A stretch of 64,000 bases of DNA from an uncultured Verrucomicrobiae bacterium (GCA_963802965.1 CAWDKS010000008.1:5053-69052), one strand, 5' to 3'. Shown: positions 47,501 to 61,484, numbered from the stretch's first letter. The notes: generated from the sequence alone by a model not told the origin. Made by a program: numbers and translations.

Positions 47501-47658
47501 GGCCGCAGAATGACACGAGCTTGAAATCTTTGAAAGTCAATTGGACAGCGGCATATTCGGCATTGCCTGACGATGTCGCTCCTGACGGAGCTTGATTCAT
47601 GGGCTTCGCCAAACTACAAAGATGCCAGCCCGACGGGCTTTAAACATCACAAACCGAT

Positions 47659-48435
47659 ATGAAAAATTTGATTCCCGTTTTTCTGGCTTTAAGTTGCGCC
47701 ACGACCGTGCGCGCGGACATCCACACCAAAACCGTTGAATACACGCAGGGCGGCGTCACGCTCGAAGGATTTGTCGCCTACGACGACGCCATCCCGGGCA
47801 AACGCCCCGGCGTGCTCGTCGTGCATCAATGGATGGGGCTGACCGATTACGAAAAGCACCGCGCGGAGATGCTCGCCCAACTCGGTTACGTCGCGTTTTG
47901 CGCGGACATTTACGGCAAGGGCGTCCGCCCGCAGAACACGGCGGAAGCCGGCGCGCAGGCGGGCAAATACAAAAGCGACCGCCAGCTTCTGCGCGTCCGC
48001 GTCAATGCCGGTCTGGACGCGCTGCGGCAGCAGCCGCTCGTGGACCCCAAACGCATCGCCGCCATTGGCTATTGTTTCGGCGGCACGACGGTGCTGGAAC
48101 TGGCGCGCAGCGGCGCGGACGTCGCCGGCGTCGTGAGTTTTCACGGCGGATTGGATGCGCCGGACCCGACGGACGGCAAAAACATCAAATGCAAGGTGCT
48201 GGTCTGCCATGGCGCGGACGATCCCTTTTCATCGCCCCAAGACATCGCCGCCTTTGAAAACGAAATGCGCCAGGGCGGCGTGGATTGGCAGCTCATCAAA
48301 TACGGCGGCGCGGTCCATTCCTTCACCCAGCCCATGGCGGGCAATGACAATTCCAAAGCGGCGGCCTACAACGAAAAGGCGGACCAGCGTTCGTGGGCGG
48401 CCATGAAACAATTCTTCGCCGAAATTTTTAAATAA
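47659..48435 (+). CDS. Dienelactone hydrolase family protein, secreted
   Basis: Signal peptide; GYCFGG, SFHG, HSFT. Confidence 0.92.
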   Translation: MKNLIPVFLALSCATTVRADIHTKTVEYTQGGVTLEGFVAYDDAIPGKRPGVLVVHQWMGLTDYEKHRAEMLAQLGYVAFCADIYGKGVRPQNTAEAGAQAGKYKSDRQLLRVRVNAGLDALRQQPLVDPKRIAAIGYCFGGTTVLELARSGADVAGVVSFHGGLDAPDPTDGKNIKCKVLVCHGADDPFSSPQDIAAFENEMRQGGVDWQLIKYGGAVHSFTQPMAGNDNSKAAAYNEKADQRSWAAMKQFFAEIFK

Positions 48436-48441
48436 CTAAAT

Positions 48442-48513
48442 CGGAGGGGCGAGTTACACGAGCCCCTAAACCACAAACCATTTGGAATGGGACTCGTGTA
48501 ATTCGCCCCTCCG
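48442..48513. repeat. GGAG-type palindromic element / possible terminator
   Basis: CGGAGGGGCGAGTTACACGAG...CTCGTGTAATTCGCCCCTCCG. Confidence 0.75.
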
Positions 48514-48522
48514 AAAATTAAA

Positions 48523-49116
48523 ATGCGCATCACCGGCGGCAAAGCGGCGCGGCGGATTCTGAAAGTCCCCAAAGGACTCGACGTTCGTCCGACGCCCGAC
48601 CTTGTCAAACAGGCGGTCTTCAACAGCCTTGGCGCGCGGGTTGTCGGCGCGCGGGTGCTGGAATTGTTCGCCGGTTCCGGCGCGTTGAGCCTGGATGGCC
48701 TGAGCCGCGGCGCAGCCTCGGCGCTGTGCGTTGAAAAATCACACCGGCACGCCGGATTTATCCGGAGCAACGCGGAAACGGCCGGCTACGGGGAAATGCT
48801 CGACGTTCGCACGCAGGACGTGTTTCCGGCGATGCACCAGCTTGTCGAAAGCGGCCGGCAGTTTGACTTGATTTTTGCCGACCCGCCCTACGGCGAAAAG
48901 AACATCGGCCACCGCTCCATTTCATTCGCGCAGCAACTGCTCGACGAGGCGAGCCTGCCGAAGCTGCTTGCGCCGGGCGGACGATTCATCCTCGGCCATG
49001 CCCGACGCGACACGCTGGAAATCGTCGCGCCTTGGCGCGAAGTGAAGGCGCTCAAGCACGGCGACAGCATGATGCGTTTTTTGGAAATTGCAGCAGCGGA
49101 CGTCAGTCTGCTCTGA
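48523..49116 (+). CDS. rsmD: 16S rRNA m2G966 methyltransferase
   Basis: MRITGG, RPTPD, LFAGSGAL, DPPY. Confidence 0.9.
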   Translation: MRITGGKAARRILKVPKGLDVRPTPDLVKQAVFNSLGARVVGARVLELFAGSGALSLDGLSRGAASALCVEKSHRHAGFIRSNAETAGYGEMLDVRTQDVFPAMHQLVESGRQFDLIFADPPYGEKNIGHRSISFAQQLLDEASLPKLLAPGGRFILGHARRDTLEIVAPWREVKALKHGDSMMRFLEIAAADVSLL

Positions 49117-49150
49117 CTGATTTTTTTAGCCGACTTACGCCGGCTGCTAC
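49090..49150. repeat. GTAG-type REP doublet overlapping the rsmD and obgE 3' ends
   Basis: GCAGCAGCGGACGTCAGT...ACTTACGCCGGCTGCTAC; supplies the obgE TAG. Confidence 0.72.
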
Positions 49151-50325
49151 GAAGATTCTTCCACCGCTTCCCGGATCATCTTCCTGAACTTCTCAAGACC
49201 CTGATCAAATGCGGCGGAGATGGGCAGCAACGAAACCTTTTTTATCTTCTTTTTGAACTGGTTCAGGTTCTTTTCGGCGACCGCTTCATCCATTTTGTTC
49301 GCGACGACGAGGCGCGGTTTTTCCAGCAACGCCTGGTCATAAAGCTTCAGTTCGCTCAATAACTGCTGGTAATCATCCCACGGCGCGCGGCCATCCGTGC
49401 CGGCCATGTCGAGCAGCAGGACGAGGATTTTGCAGCGTTCGATGTGGCGCAGGAACGCGTGGCCGAGCCCGACGTTTTGGTGCGCGCCTTCGATCAATCC
49501 CGGCACGTCGCAAACCGTGAGCCGGTGGAAGTCGGCATATTCCAAAATGCCGATTTGCGGATGCAACGTGGTGAACGGATACGGCGCGATTTTCGGGCGC
49601 GCCTTGGAAATGGCCGTGAGCAGCGTGGACTTACCCGCGTTGGGATAGCCGACCAGGCCGACCTCGGCCATGATGCGCAGTTCGAAAAGATAATCGCCTT
49701 CCCCGCCCGGCTCGCCCGGCTGCGCGAAACGCGGCGTCTGGCGGGCGGCGGTGGCGAAATTGCGGTTGCCCAGACCGCCGCGCCCGCCCTTGCACAGCAC
49801 GAATTGTTGTCCGTTTTCGGTGAGGTCGGCGACCAGTTCGCCTTTTCCCGGTTCGCCGGTGGAAAATTCCCCCGTGTCTTCCCGGCTCAAATCAATTTCC
49901 TGCGCCAGCGCGCCGCCCGCGCTGCGAATCAACGGCCGTCTGCCGGTGCTGGTTTTGAAAACCGGTTTCTCGTCCTCGTCCTCGTCCTCGTCCTTCATTC
50001 TTTTCGTTTCGATGGGCGGCGTGGTATCCGCGAGCCGCCACACGAGCGTGCCGCAGGGGACTTTGACGATGAGGTCTTTTCCGGCGTGGCCGTCCATGCC
50101 CTTGCCGAGGCCGGGCTGTCCGTCCGGCGCGATGAGGCGCGGCTGATAATACTGGGCGATGAGATTGTTGAGGTCGTGGTCGGCCTGCAAAATCACGCTG
50201 CCGCCCCGACCGCCATTGCCGCCGCTCGGTCCGCCCTTGGGCACGAACGCCTCGCGATGGAACGCGACGCAGCCTTTGCCGCCGTGCCCCGCCCGCGCGT
50301 AAATTTTGATCTCGTCAATGAACAT
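49147..50325 (-). CDS. obgE: GTPase ObgE
   Basis: MFIDE, GGPSGGNGGRGG, GYPNAGKST, YPFTTL, DVPG, NKMD. Confidence 0.96.
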   Translation of the reverse strand: MFIDEIKIYARAGHGGKGCVAFHREAFVPKGGPSGGNGGRGGSVILQADHDLNNLIAQYYQPRLIAPDGQPGLGKGMDGHAGKDLIVKVPCGTLVWRLADTTPPIETKRMKDEDEDEDEKPVFKTSTGRRPLIRSAGGALAQEIDLSREDTGEFSTGEPGKGELVADLTENGQQFVLCKGGRGGLGNRNFATAARQTPRFAQPGEPGGEGDYLFELRIMAEVGLVGYPNAGKSTLLTAISKARPKIAPYPFTTLHPQIGILEYADFHRLTVCDVPGLIEGAHQNVGLGHAFLRHIERCKILVLLLDMAGTDGRAPWDDYQQLLSELKLYDQALLEKPRLVVANKMDEAVAEKNLNQFKKKIKKVSLLPISAAFDQGLEKFRKMIREAVEESS

Positions 50326-50334
50326 CTGTTCAAC

Positions 50335-50418
50335 GTGGGAGCCGACGTGAGGAGGCTCACTTTAAAATTCTCGAATTGAAACCGAATTTAGTCAGAGCCT
50401 CGTTACCTCGGCTCCTAC
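50335..50418. repeat. Family F REP doublet, intergenic
   Basis: GTGGGAGCCGACGTGAGGAGGCTC...GAGCCTCGTTACCTCGGCTCCTAC. Confidence 0.82.
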
Positions 50419-50471
50419 CAACAACAAAAAAGGCGAGGCGCCTGGCCTCGCCCGGAAATTCAATGGCGCGC

Positions 50472-50732
50472 CTAATTTTTCGCGGCGGGTTCAGCCACGA
50501 CGTTTACGCGGGTGCTGTTCTTATCAAACTTCACCTTGCCGTCCGCGAGCGCGAAGAGCGTCCAATCGCGGCCCGTGCCTACGTTCTGGCCGGCGATAAA
50601 TTTTGTGCCGCGCTGCCGGACGATGATGCTGCCGGAGGTGACAAATTCACCGCCAAACGCCTTCACGCCGAGCCGTTTGCTGGCGCTGTCGCGACCGTTG
50701 CGGACGCTGCCTTGACCTTTCTTGTGTGCCAT
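50472..50732 (-). CDS. rpmA: 50S ribosomal protein L27
   Basis: [22 protein letters not shown]. Confidence 0.98.
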   Translation of the reverse strand: MAHKKGQGSVRNGRDSASKRLGVKAFGGEFVTSGSIIVRQRGTKFIAGQNVGTGRDWTLFALADGKVKFDKNSTRVNVVAEPAAKN

Positions 50733-50779
50733 ATAAAAAGTTGAGGGTTGAAAGTTGAGGGTTGAGGGCGTCTTTGGAA

Positions 50780-51091
50780 CTACGCTTTTATCTCTTTGAT
50801 CTTCACCACTGTCAATTCCTGACGGTGGCCGATGCTTTTGTGATAACCTTCGCGGCGGCGCATCTTGAACGTGAGCTTTTTCTCGCCGCGCTTGTGCCCG
50901 ACCACGTCGGCCACCACGCTCGCGCCGCTCACCGTGGGCGAGCCGACCGAGACCTTGCCGTCGCGGTTGACCAGCAACACGCGGTCAAACGTGACCGGCT
51001 TGCCGGCCTCGACGGTCAAGCGCTCGATTTCCAACGTGTCGCCCGCAGCCACACGATACTGTTTGCTTCCGGTTTCCAACACGGCGTACAT
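50780..51091 (-). CDS. rplU: 50S ribosomal protein L21
   Basis: [14 protein letters not shown]...GHRQ. Confidence 0.98.
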   Translation of the reverse strand: MYAVLETGSKQYRVAAGDTLEIERLTVEAGKPVTFDRVLLVNRDGKVSVGSPTVSGASVVADVVGHKRGEKKLTFKMRRREGYHKSIGHRQELTVVKIKEIKA

Positions 51092-51192
51092 AAAATATTT
51101 CCCGCAAAAGGGGTCTGATAAAACCAGAAAGGCGCCGGGCTGTCAATGTTGGATTTCAGGAAAAATGGGTGCCGGTGAGAGCTTGAATTTGC

Positions 51193-51220
51193 TTGCACCG
51201 GTTGGTGCGCCGGCTATAAT
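51193..51220 (+). promoter_or_regulatory. Sigma70-type promoter of the RRM gene
   Basis: TTGCAC-N16-TATAAT. Confidence 0.7.
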
Positions 51221-51355
51221 GCCCGCGTCTGTGAGATAACTTGTCATTTCAAGACATGGCAAATCTTCAGGTGAACCTGGTTCAGTGATGATTTGAAACC
51301 CGATGGTCGGGGACAGTCTGGAAAACGGTTAGTCTGGAACAGCAAATCATCAAAT

Positions 51356-51691
51356 ATGAGCACGAAATTGTTTGTGGGAAATCTTTCCTTCAACACGACG
51401 GAGAACGACCTGCAGGAGGCGTTTGCGGCGCACGGGACGGTGGTGGAAGCCAACCTGATGATGGACCGGACGAGCGGGCGCTCGCGCGGGTTTGCCTTCG
51501 TTACTATGTCCACGCCGGAGGAGGCGCAAAAGGCGATTGAAGCGATGAACGGGGCGACGCTGGGTGACCGCGCGCTGACGGTGAACATTGCGCGTCCGAA
51601 AGAGGAGCGTCCGCGCGGTGACCGCGGCCCGCGCCGCGACTTCGGTGGCGGCGGCGGTGGTGGCGGCGGCGGACGCCGGGATCGTTACTAA
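51356..51691 (+). CDS. RRM (RNP-1) RNA-binding protein with Gly-rich tail
   Basis: KLFVGNLS (RNP2) and RGFAFVTM (RNP1). Confidence 0.95.
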   Translation: MSTKLFVGNLSFNTTENDLQEAFAAHGTVVEANLMMDRTSGRSRGFAFVTMSTPEEAQKAIEAMNGATLGDRALTVNIARPKEERPRGDRGPRRDFGGGGGGGGGGRRDRY

Positions 51692-51891
51692 TCTTTGCCG
51701 CAGACGGCTTTGGCCGGGGCGACGTTCGGCAACGAGCGTCGCCCTGTGGTCTTTGTGGGTAGTCTGACCGCTGCGGTTGGGGACAAGCGCAATCTTGGAA
51801 TCATCTCCCGCGCCGCTTGGTTGCACCGGAGCAACCGGTCGCGTCGCATTGACGCGGAGGAGAGGCGGAATGACCCCGCTGGAAACCGACA

Positions 51892-52413
51892 CTAACCTTC
51901 GTCGCGTTTCACCAAAATGGAAATCTGTCCATTTTCATCCCCCTGAATCACCAGCGGTTTCCCGAAAATGACGATGAACGTGGAATCCAATCCCACCGTA
52001 AGCTGTTGGTAGGACGGCGGGGTTGTTCCATTTGGCCCCTGGGCAGCGCCCGTCATGTAAGGCACGGTGCGGCCGATAAACAATTTGAGCCGGCCCTTTT
52101 CCGGACTCAGCAAGGTGAGGCAGCCGGAGAGTTTAAGCGTGGTGGGAATGTCCGGGCCGTTAATCTTCATCGTGCTGTGTTCGAGCGCGTCGAGATTGAA
52201 GGAGCCTTCGGCGGTCATCATCTGCACGAACCTGCTGCCCAGCTTGGTATCCTTCCATTGCACGCTGATGACATAATTGGCCGGGTCGTTCGTGCTCGTT
52301 GCCGGTGGCGTTGCCATTGATGGGGCGCTGGCCGACGGGGGCGCGAACGTCGGCTGGGCCTGGCACACGACGGCCCAAAGTGTGGCTGCGATAAGAAAAG
52401 GAAGGGCTTTCAT
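51892..52413 (-). CDS. Secreted hypothetical protein
   Basis: Signal peptide MKALPFLIAA...CQA; beta-rich mature part. Confidence 0.6.
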   Translation of the reverse strand: MKALPFLIAATLWAVVCQAQPTFAPPSASAPSMATPPATSTNDPANYVISVQWKDTKLGSRFVQMMTAEGSFNLDALEHSTMKINGPDIPTTLKLSGCLTLLSPEKGRLKLFIGRTVPYMTGAAQGPNGTTPPSYQQLTVGLDSTFIVIFGKPLVIQGDENGQISILVKRDEG

Positions 52414-52549
52414 GGCGGAGCAACCTTCCAGTCGCCGGCAAAATCGTCAAGCAGAAATAATTCCAAATTCCGCCGGATGGTTTGGCCGGTTGTGACCGGC
52501 CTTATTTCTCTTTTGGCGGACGGTTGGTTTGGGATGGGGCGGCCGGCGG

Positions 52550-53146
52550 TTAGCAGAGCCCGGCCTTGATGAAGGGCGCGAGTTCGGCGCCGTAACCCTC
52601 CGCCGCCATTTTTTCCACCGGAACAAATCGCAGGGACGCCGAGTTGATGCAATAACGCAAATGCGCCGGCCCCGGGCCATCGTCGAACACGTGGCCGAGA
52701 TGCGAATCCGCCAGCGCCGAACGCACCTCCGTGCGCTCCATGAAATAGGAATGGTCCGCCTGCTCCTTGAGGCTTGAATCCGCCAAGGGTTTCGAAAAAC
52801 TCGGCCAGCCGCAACCCGAATCGAATTTGTCCAGCGAACTGAACAACGGCTCGCCCGACACCACGTCCACATAAATGCCCGGTTTTTCGTTGTTCCAAAA
52901 CGCATTGTGAAAGGCCGGTTCCGTGGCCGACTCCTGCGTGACCGCGAATTGTTCCGCGGTCAATTGCTTTTTCAACCGCGCCGCATCCGGTTTCTTGAAA
53001 TCCTTCATATCCTTGAGGTTGACTGGTTGATTGGTTGAAATGTCATCCGGCTGCCCGCCGCCCGCGACGCGCATCAGCCCCACGCCCGCCACCAGCGCCA
53101 GTGCGGCGGCCAGCCCGCTGATACCGCGCAAATCCGTTCTTTTCAT
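52550..53146 (-). CDS. msrB: Peptide-methionine (R)-S-oxide reductase MsrB, exported
   Basis: [32 protein letters not shown]; N-terminal hydrophobic segment. Confidence 0.93.
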   Translation of the reverse strand: MKRTDLRGISGLAAALALVAGVGLMRVAGGGQPDDISTNQPVNLKDMKDFKKPDAARLKKQLTAEQFAVTQESATEPAFHNAFWNNEKPGIYVDVVSGEPLFSSLDKFDSGCGWPSFSKPLADSSLKEQADHSYFMERTEVRSALADSHLGHVFDDGPGPAHLRYCINSASLRFVPVEKMAAEGYGAELAPFIKAGLC

Positions 53147-53357
53147 GTTCCATCTTTCTCCGCCAGAAATTCCTGCCGCGCCCCGCCCGTCCCGATTTTC
53201 CGCGAGGCAAGGCGCCAACCGCTCTTATGCCGATAATTAATCGTCTTCATCAATTGCCGCAACATAAAACCTCCCGCCTCTTCTGTCAAAGCACCGCCCA
53301 AATCGCCGCGGTTCGACGCGTGGCCGGTGAAACCAGGGTCCGCCGCCAGACGCCGTT

Positions 53358-54269
53358 TTACAATTTTTTTGAAGCCGTCATGGCGCGATAAGTCACCGGC
53401 ACCTGCCAGTCGGCGTAATTTGGACTGAACGTCTTCATGGCGCTGATGATTTGCTGGCGGAAAGTCGTTTCAATCAAATTGCCCTGTCCCGGCCAGATTT
53501 TGAAGTGGACGCGGACAAAATCCCAACCGCCGCCCGGCGCCGTTTCCAGCGGGCCAACCTCAGGCTCGCTCAAAATGATTGCGCCGAACTGCATCCACAT
53601 TCCGCGGGCGACGTTCCCGATGGCTTGGACGGCCTTGTCCCGGTCCGCGCCCGCCGGAAGCTGGATGTCGGCATACGCATAAACGCCGCCGTGCGGAAAC
53701 CGGCTCACGTTGGCGATGGTCCGGTTGGGGATGAACACCACCTGATTGTAAAAATTGCGGAGCGTGGTGAAGCGCAGGCCAATTTCCTCCACGCGCCCGA
53801 CGACGACGACGGTGCCGGCAATCTCCACCATGTCACCCGCGTCCATCGCGTCCGAAAAAATCAGCGTCAGGCTGATGACCACGTCCTGCACCAGCCCCTG
53901 CGAGCCGAAGCTGATGGCCAGCGCGACGATGGAGGCGGTGGCCAGATAATGCTTCAGGTTCACGCCCAATTCCTGCAGCACCAGTCCCATCGCCAAAAAA
54001 TAGATGACGAACATCACGCTGTTGCCGGCGAGTTGGATGAGCGTGATAAACTTCGGCTGCTGCGTGACGAAGCCGAGCGGACTTTCCTGCGCGTGGCTTT
54101 TGTTGATGATCCATTCGCTGATGCTCCGGATGGCCTTGACCGTCAGATGCACCAGGACGGCCAGAACCACGATGAGCAGCAGCCGCATTCCGGTGGACGA
54201 CTCATGGCCGGAGGCATAATGATATATGCGCCCCATCACCGTTGCGGCGCCTTGGTTGGTCGGGTCCAT
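53358..54269 (-). CDS. MscS-family mechanosensitive channel
   Basis: ISFGSQGLVQD, GRVEEIGLRFT, IPN. Confidence 0.88.
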   Translation of the reverse strand: MDPTNQGAATVMGRIYHYASGHESSTGMRLLLIVVLAVLVHLTVKAIRSISEWIINKSHAQESPLGFVTQQPKFITLIQLAGNSVMFVIYFLAMGLVLQELGVNLKHYLATASIVALAISFGSQGLVQDVVISLTLIFSDAMDAGDMVEIAGTVVVVGRVEEIGLRFTTLRNFYNQVVFIPNRTIANVSRFPHGGVYAYADIQLPAGADRDKAVQAIGNVARGMWMQFGAIILSEPEVGPLETAPGGGWDFVRVHFKIWPGQGNLIETTFRQQIISAMKTFSPNYADWQVPVTYRAMTASKKL

Positions 54270-54440
54270 TAAAATTCCTTTGGTAAATCTTTGGCAAATT
54301 ATAGGCACTCGAGCCGCGTTGCGTCTGACCGGGCGCGCGATGCCCCCGGTCGGGGAACGATTAAACACCATTTCAGAAACTTCGCAAGATTGCGCGTGCC
54401 GCGGCGGGTTGCGGGAGGCATCGTCCGGCCGGGGTTCGCC

Positions 54441-54806
54441 TTAAAGCCCGAGTGCTCTGGCCGCCTCGACCATGCTTTTACAAGTGACCGTCCGCGGATG
54501 ATGCCGGTAATGAAAGCGCGTGAGGATGTTCATCCCAATGTCCTGGCCCGGTTCCAGAATGACCCGCACCACCAAATCCACGCCCGCTTGACCGATCAAA
54601 TCCATCATCCGGCCAAGTTCCGGCGCGCAATCCAGCCCCATGGATTCCATCCGGCTGAAATCCGCCAGCAAGCGAAAGCCCGGCGACAACTCCCCCAATT
54701 GCGCCGTCAGGTCTTCCCGGCCGCCCTGTAACTCCTCCAGCCGCACCGGCCCGATGTAACTGATATGCAGCAACTGCTTCGACTTGTTCGAGGTGACCAG
54801 CAACAT
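54441..54806 (-). CDS. Hypothetical protein, STAS/SEC14-like
   Basis: About 120 aa alpha/beta protein with PGFRLLADFS. Confidence 0.5.
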   Translation of the reverse strand: MLLVTSNKSKQLLHISYIGPVRLEELQGGREDLTAQLGELSPGFRLLADFSRMESMGLDCAPELGRMMDLIGQAGVDLVVRVILEPGQDIGMNILTRFHYRHHPRTVTCKSMVEAARALGL

Positions 54807-54944
54807 GCCCATCACCCTACTTTGCCTCGAAGGAGAATTCGAGCGAATAAGCCGGCGGTCGCGCCGCCGGATTGGTTGGATCTCCCGCCGGGATGCCCGA
54901 AATGGGAGGCGGAAATTCCGGCAGTTGCCCGGCGCGGATGGGAT

Positions 54945-55559
54945 TCAGGCGGTCGCCGGAAGCTGCTTCTTCACGCGGGGTTGCACATCCGGCACCGCCG
55001 GCCCGCGCGCCTGTTTGAAATGCACCGGCGCGCGCAACAGCAGCGTGCCCAGGAACAAATCCGCCAGCGGCAGCACCACGTTGAAATTCCTTTTCATGTA
55101 ACGATGATGCAGCAGGTGATGGCCGTTGAGCCGGAAGAAAATCCCCGACCGTTCCACCTGCCGTTTCTTCGGCAGATGCATGCACCAGTGCATGTATTCA
55201 TAGGCCGCGTAGTAGCTTGCGCACGCCAGCAGCGCGCCGCAGGGGAAACCCCAACTGACCACGAAAAACGCGGCCAGGACGAACGGCGATATCCCCACCG
55301 CCACCAGCACCGGCCCGTTCCACCATGCCATCGGGATCGTTTTGGCGTCCTTGGCGTCAATCAAATGATACGTCTCGTCCGCGCGAAAGACGCGATGATG
55401 CACCAGCGCGTGGCTCTCGAAGGGATAACGGAACCTCCACAGCGGCCGGTGCATCACAAACCGGTGCAGCGTCCACTCGAAGAACGAGGCATAGACCGTG
55501 GCGACGACGAAACCGATGGCCATCCAGAAAATAAAACCTGAAAACAGAGTCATGAACAC
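54945..55559 (-). CDS. Fatty acid hydroxylase / sterol desaturase-like protein
   Basis: His boxes HRFVMH, HALVHH, HWCMH, HHLLHH. Confidence 0.75.
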   Translation of the reverse strand: MFMTLFSGFIFWMAIGFVVATVYASFFEWTLHRFVMHRPLWRFRYPFESHALVHHRVFRADETYHLIDAKDAKTIPMAWWNGPVLVAVGISPFVLAAFFVVSWGFPCGALLACASYYAAYEYMHWCMHLPKKRQVERSGIFFRLNGHHLLHHRYMKRNFNVVLPLADLFLGTLLLRAPVHFKQARGPAVPDVQPRVKKQLPATA

Positions 55560-55846
55560 CCAAGTATGACAGAAAACCCGGGCTAAGGAAGATAATTCGT
55601 GTTTTTAATTCAACGCGCCCGGTCGCGGCGAAATCCGGCCCGTCGCATCGAAGCGCGGCGAATACGGACGACGCGCAATTGTATTTACGGTAAACGCCGC
55701 GGCGCATATGGTTTTCCGACACCGGATGACGGTGTCCACATCATGGCTTTTCTCGAAACCGCCGTGAAGTCCGCGCCATCCGGCGCGAAGTGGACGCGCT
55801 TGGCCGGTATTTCAACAAACAAAAAGTAAAACTTGAAAAACGCAGA

Positions 55847-56668
55847 ATGAAAAACAAATTCCTCCTTCTCACGTTTCTGCTCGCCGCATTCGCGGGCGGT
55901 TCGCCGGCTGTTTCAGCGGCAGATTCAACCAACCCGATTGAAGGCTACAAGGACACGCCCATGCTTCCAGGCGGCAAGTGGCACGTGCATGACCCGGACC
56001 GCCCCCAACCGCTGGTGGTCACGCCCGGCACGTTCAGCACCCAGGCAAATCCTGGCCAGCCGCCGTCGGACGCCATTGTGCTGTTCAATGGCGGCGACCT
56101 CTCCCAGTGGCGCGACAGCAGCGGCAAACCGGCGCAATGGAAGGTGGAAAACGGCGAGATGACCGTCGGCAAAGGCTATCTTTACACGAAACAGGAATTC
56201 GGCGACATACAATTGCACGTTGAATTCGCGGAGCCGACACCGCCGGTCGGCAACGGCCAGGGGCGCGGCAACAGCGGCGTTTTTCTGATGGGCAAATTCG
56301 AGTTGCAAGTGGTGGACAGCTACCAAAGCCCGACCTATCCGGACGGCCAGATGGCGGCTCTCTACGGACAGCATCCGCCGCTCGTCAACGCCTGTTTGCC
56401 GCCGGGTCAATGGCAGGTCTATGACATCATTTTCAACGCGCCACGCTTCGGCAAGGACAACCAGTTGCTTTCACCGGCCTACATAACCGTTTTCCACAAC
56501 GGCGTCGTGGTTCAAAACCACCAGGCCTATTTGGGACCGACCCGCCATCGCAGCCGGCTGCCTTACACGCCGCTGTCGGTTGGCCCGGTCGCTCTGCAGG
56601 ATCATCAATGCCCGGTCCGTTATCGCAACATCTGGGTCCGCCCGCTTCAGACCCCGGACGACCCCTGA
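55847..56668 (+). CDS. DUF1080 (3-keto-disaccharide hydrolase-like) secreted protein
   Basis: [30 protein letters not shown]. Confidence 0.88.
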   Translation: MKNKFLLLTFLLAAFAGGSPAVSAADSTNPIEGYKDTPMLPGGKWHVHDPDRPQPLVVTPGTFSTQANPGQPPSDAIVLFNGGDLSQWRDSSGKPAQWKVENGEMTVGKGYLYTKQEFGDIQLHVEFAEPTPPVGNGQGRGNSGVFLMGKFELQVVDSYQSPTYPDGQMAALYGQHPPLVNACLPPGQWQVYDIIFNAPRFGKDNQLLSPAYITVFHNGVVVQNHQAYLGPTRHRSRLPYTPLSVGPVALQDHQCPVRYRNIWVRPLQTPDDP

Positions 56669-56751
56669 CGGAGACGGGCGTCCGGCGCGAAATCACCGGA
56701 CCTTTTCAATTGGCGTTGGAACCGCGCCAATCCATTTTCAATTGGACAATC

Positions 56752-56783
56752 ATATATCAACATATCAAGATACGTTGATATAT
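56752..56783. promoter_or_regulatory. Palindromic operator upstream of metH (SahR-like)
   Basis: ATATCAA-GATACG-TTGATAT at 56762-56781, within ATATATCAAC...GTTGATATAT. Confidence 0.6.
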
Positions 56784-56849
56784 TTTATTTGCTTCCTGAA
56801 ATCGAAGGGTTATTTTACACGCATAATTGCCAATATTGAATTGAACCGT

Positions 56850-60713
<3,864 letters not shown>

Positions 60714-60718
60714 AATTG

Positions 60719-60912
60719 GTCGCGGAGCGACCTTGGAAATCAGCCGGGGACAACGTCCCCGGAAAACGCCGAGCAACGGAATCTGTCCTGGAAGGGACGG
60801 CGGAAGCGCTCGAAAACAAGGCTGTTTCCAGCGTCCTTCCAGGACGCGGGACTATATCGGACGTCTTCCCCGGCACGTTGTGCCGGGCTAATTTCCCGTG
60901 TCGCTCCGCGAT
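60719..60912. repeat. 194-bp multi-hairpin palindromic element (MITE-like)
   Basis: Terminal inverted repeats GTCGCGGAGCGAC / GTCGCTCCGCGAT and nested internal inverted repeats. Confidence 0.72.
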
Positions 60913-61139
60913 TATTGCCAGCTTGCCCATCGGGGCGCCCCGGTCCAAAACTCTCTAATGCCAATAAAATCAGGAATTACTTAATCTGAGATGTTAATAT
61001 TAACTAATTCAAATGCGAATCCAAAAATTGTCAAGCTTTGGCCAAAACACGGTTGGTCGTTTGGTCGTCCTCCGGCCATCTTTTGGTTTGAAGGGCGCGG
61101 AAACGGCGCCGGCAACAATCAACCAACACAGGAAAAACG

Positions 61140-61484
61140 ATGAAAAAGATATTCGTACTCGCAGCCATGTTTGGCTTCGCCGCCGCGCTAAACGTCTCGG
61201 CTGCGGACGCCAAGGCAAACTGGGATTCGCTCTGCGCCAAGTGCCACGGCGCGGACGGTAAAGGCCAGACCAAGATCGGCGCGAAGCTGGGCGTCAAGGA
61301 TTTCACGGACGCCAAGGTTCAGGCGGCCATCAAGGATGAAGACGCCATCAAGACCATCACGGAAGGAAAGAAAGATCAGGATGGTAAGACCTTGATGAAG
61401 GCGTTCGTCACCGGGGCGGACACCCCCCTGTCGGATGACGAAGTCAAGGCTCTGGTCGCCTATGTCCGTGGTTTGAAGACGTAG
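61140..61484 (+). CDS. Monoheme cytochrome c
   Basis: Signal peptide; CAKCH; distal Met in TLMKAF. Confidence 0.9.
   Translation: MKKIFVLAAMFGFAAALNVSAADAKANWDSLCAKCHGADGKGQTKIGAKLGVKDFTDAKVQAAIKDEDAIKTITEGKKDQDGKTLMKAFVTGADTPLSDDEVKALVAYVRGLKT

Noticed and set aside
51644-51672. (GGC/GGT)n repeat
   Set aside because: Encodes the ordinary Gly-rich tail of RRM proteins.
52550-53146. Selenocysteine-containing MsrB
   Set aside because: The catalytic residue is an ordinary Cys (RYCINS); there is no in-frame TGA.
56669-56849. SAM or cobalamin riboswitch before metH; also the 90-aa N-terminal extension in the ORF track
   Set aside because: No riboswitch consensus seen; the region is AT-rich promoter DNA with an operator palindrome, and homology starts near 56850.
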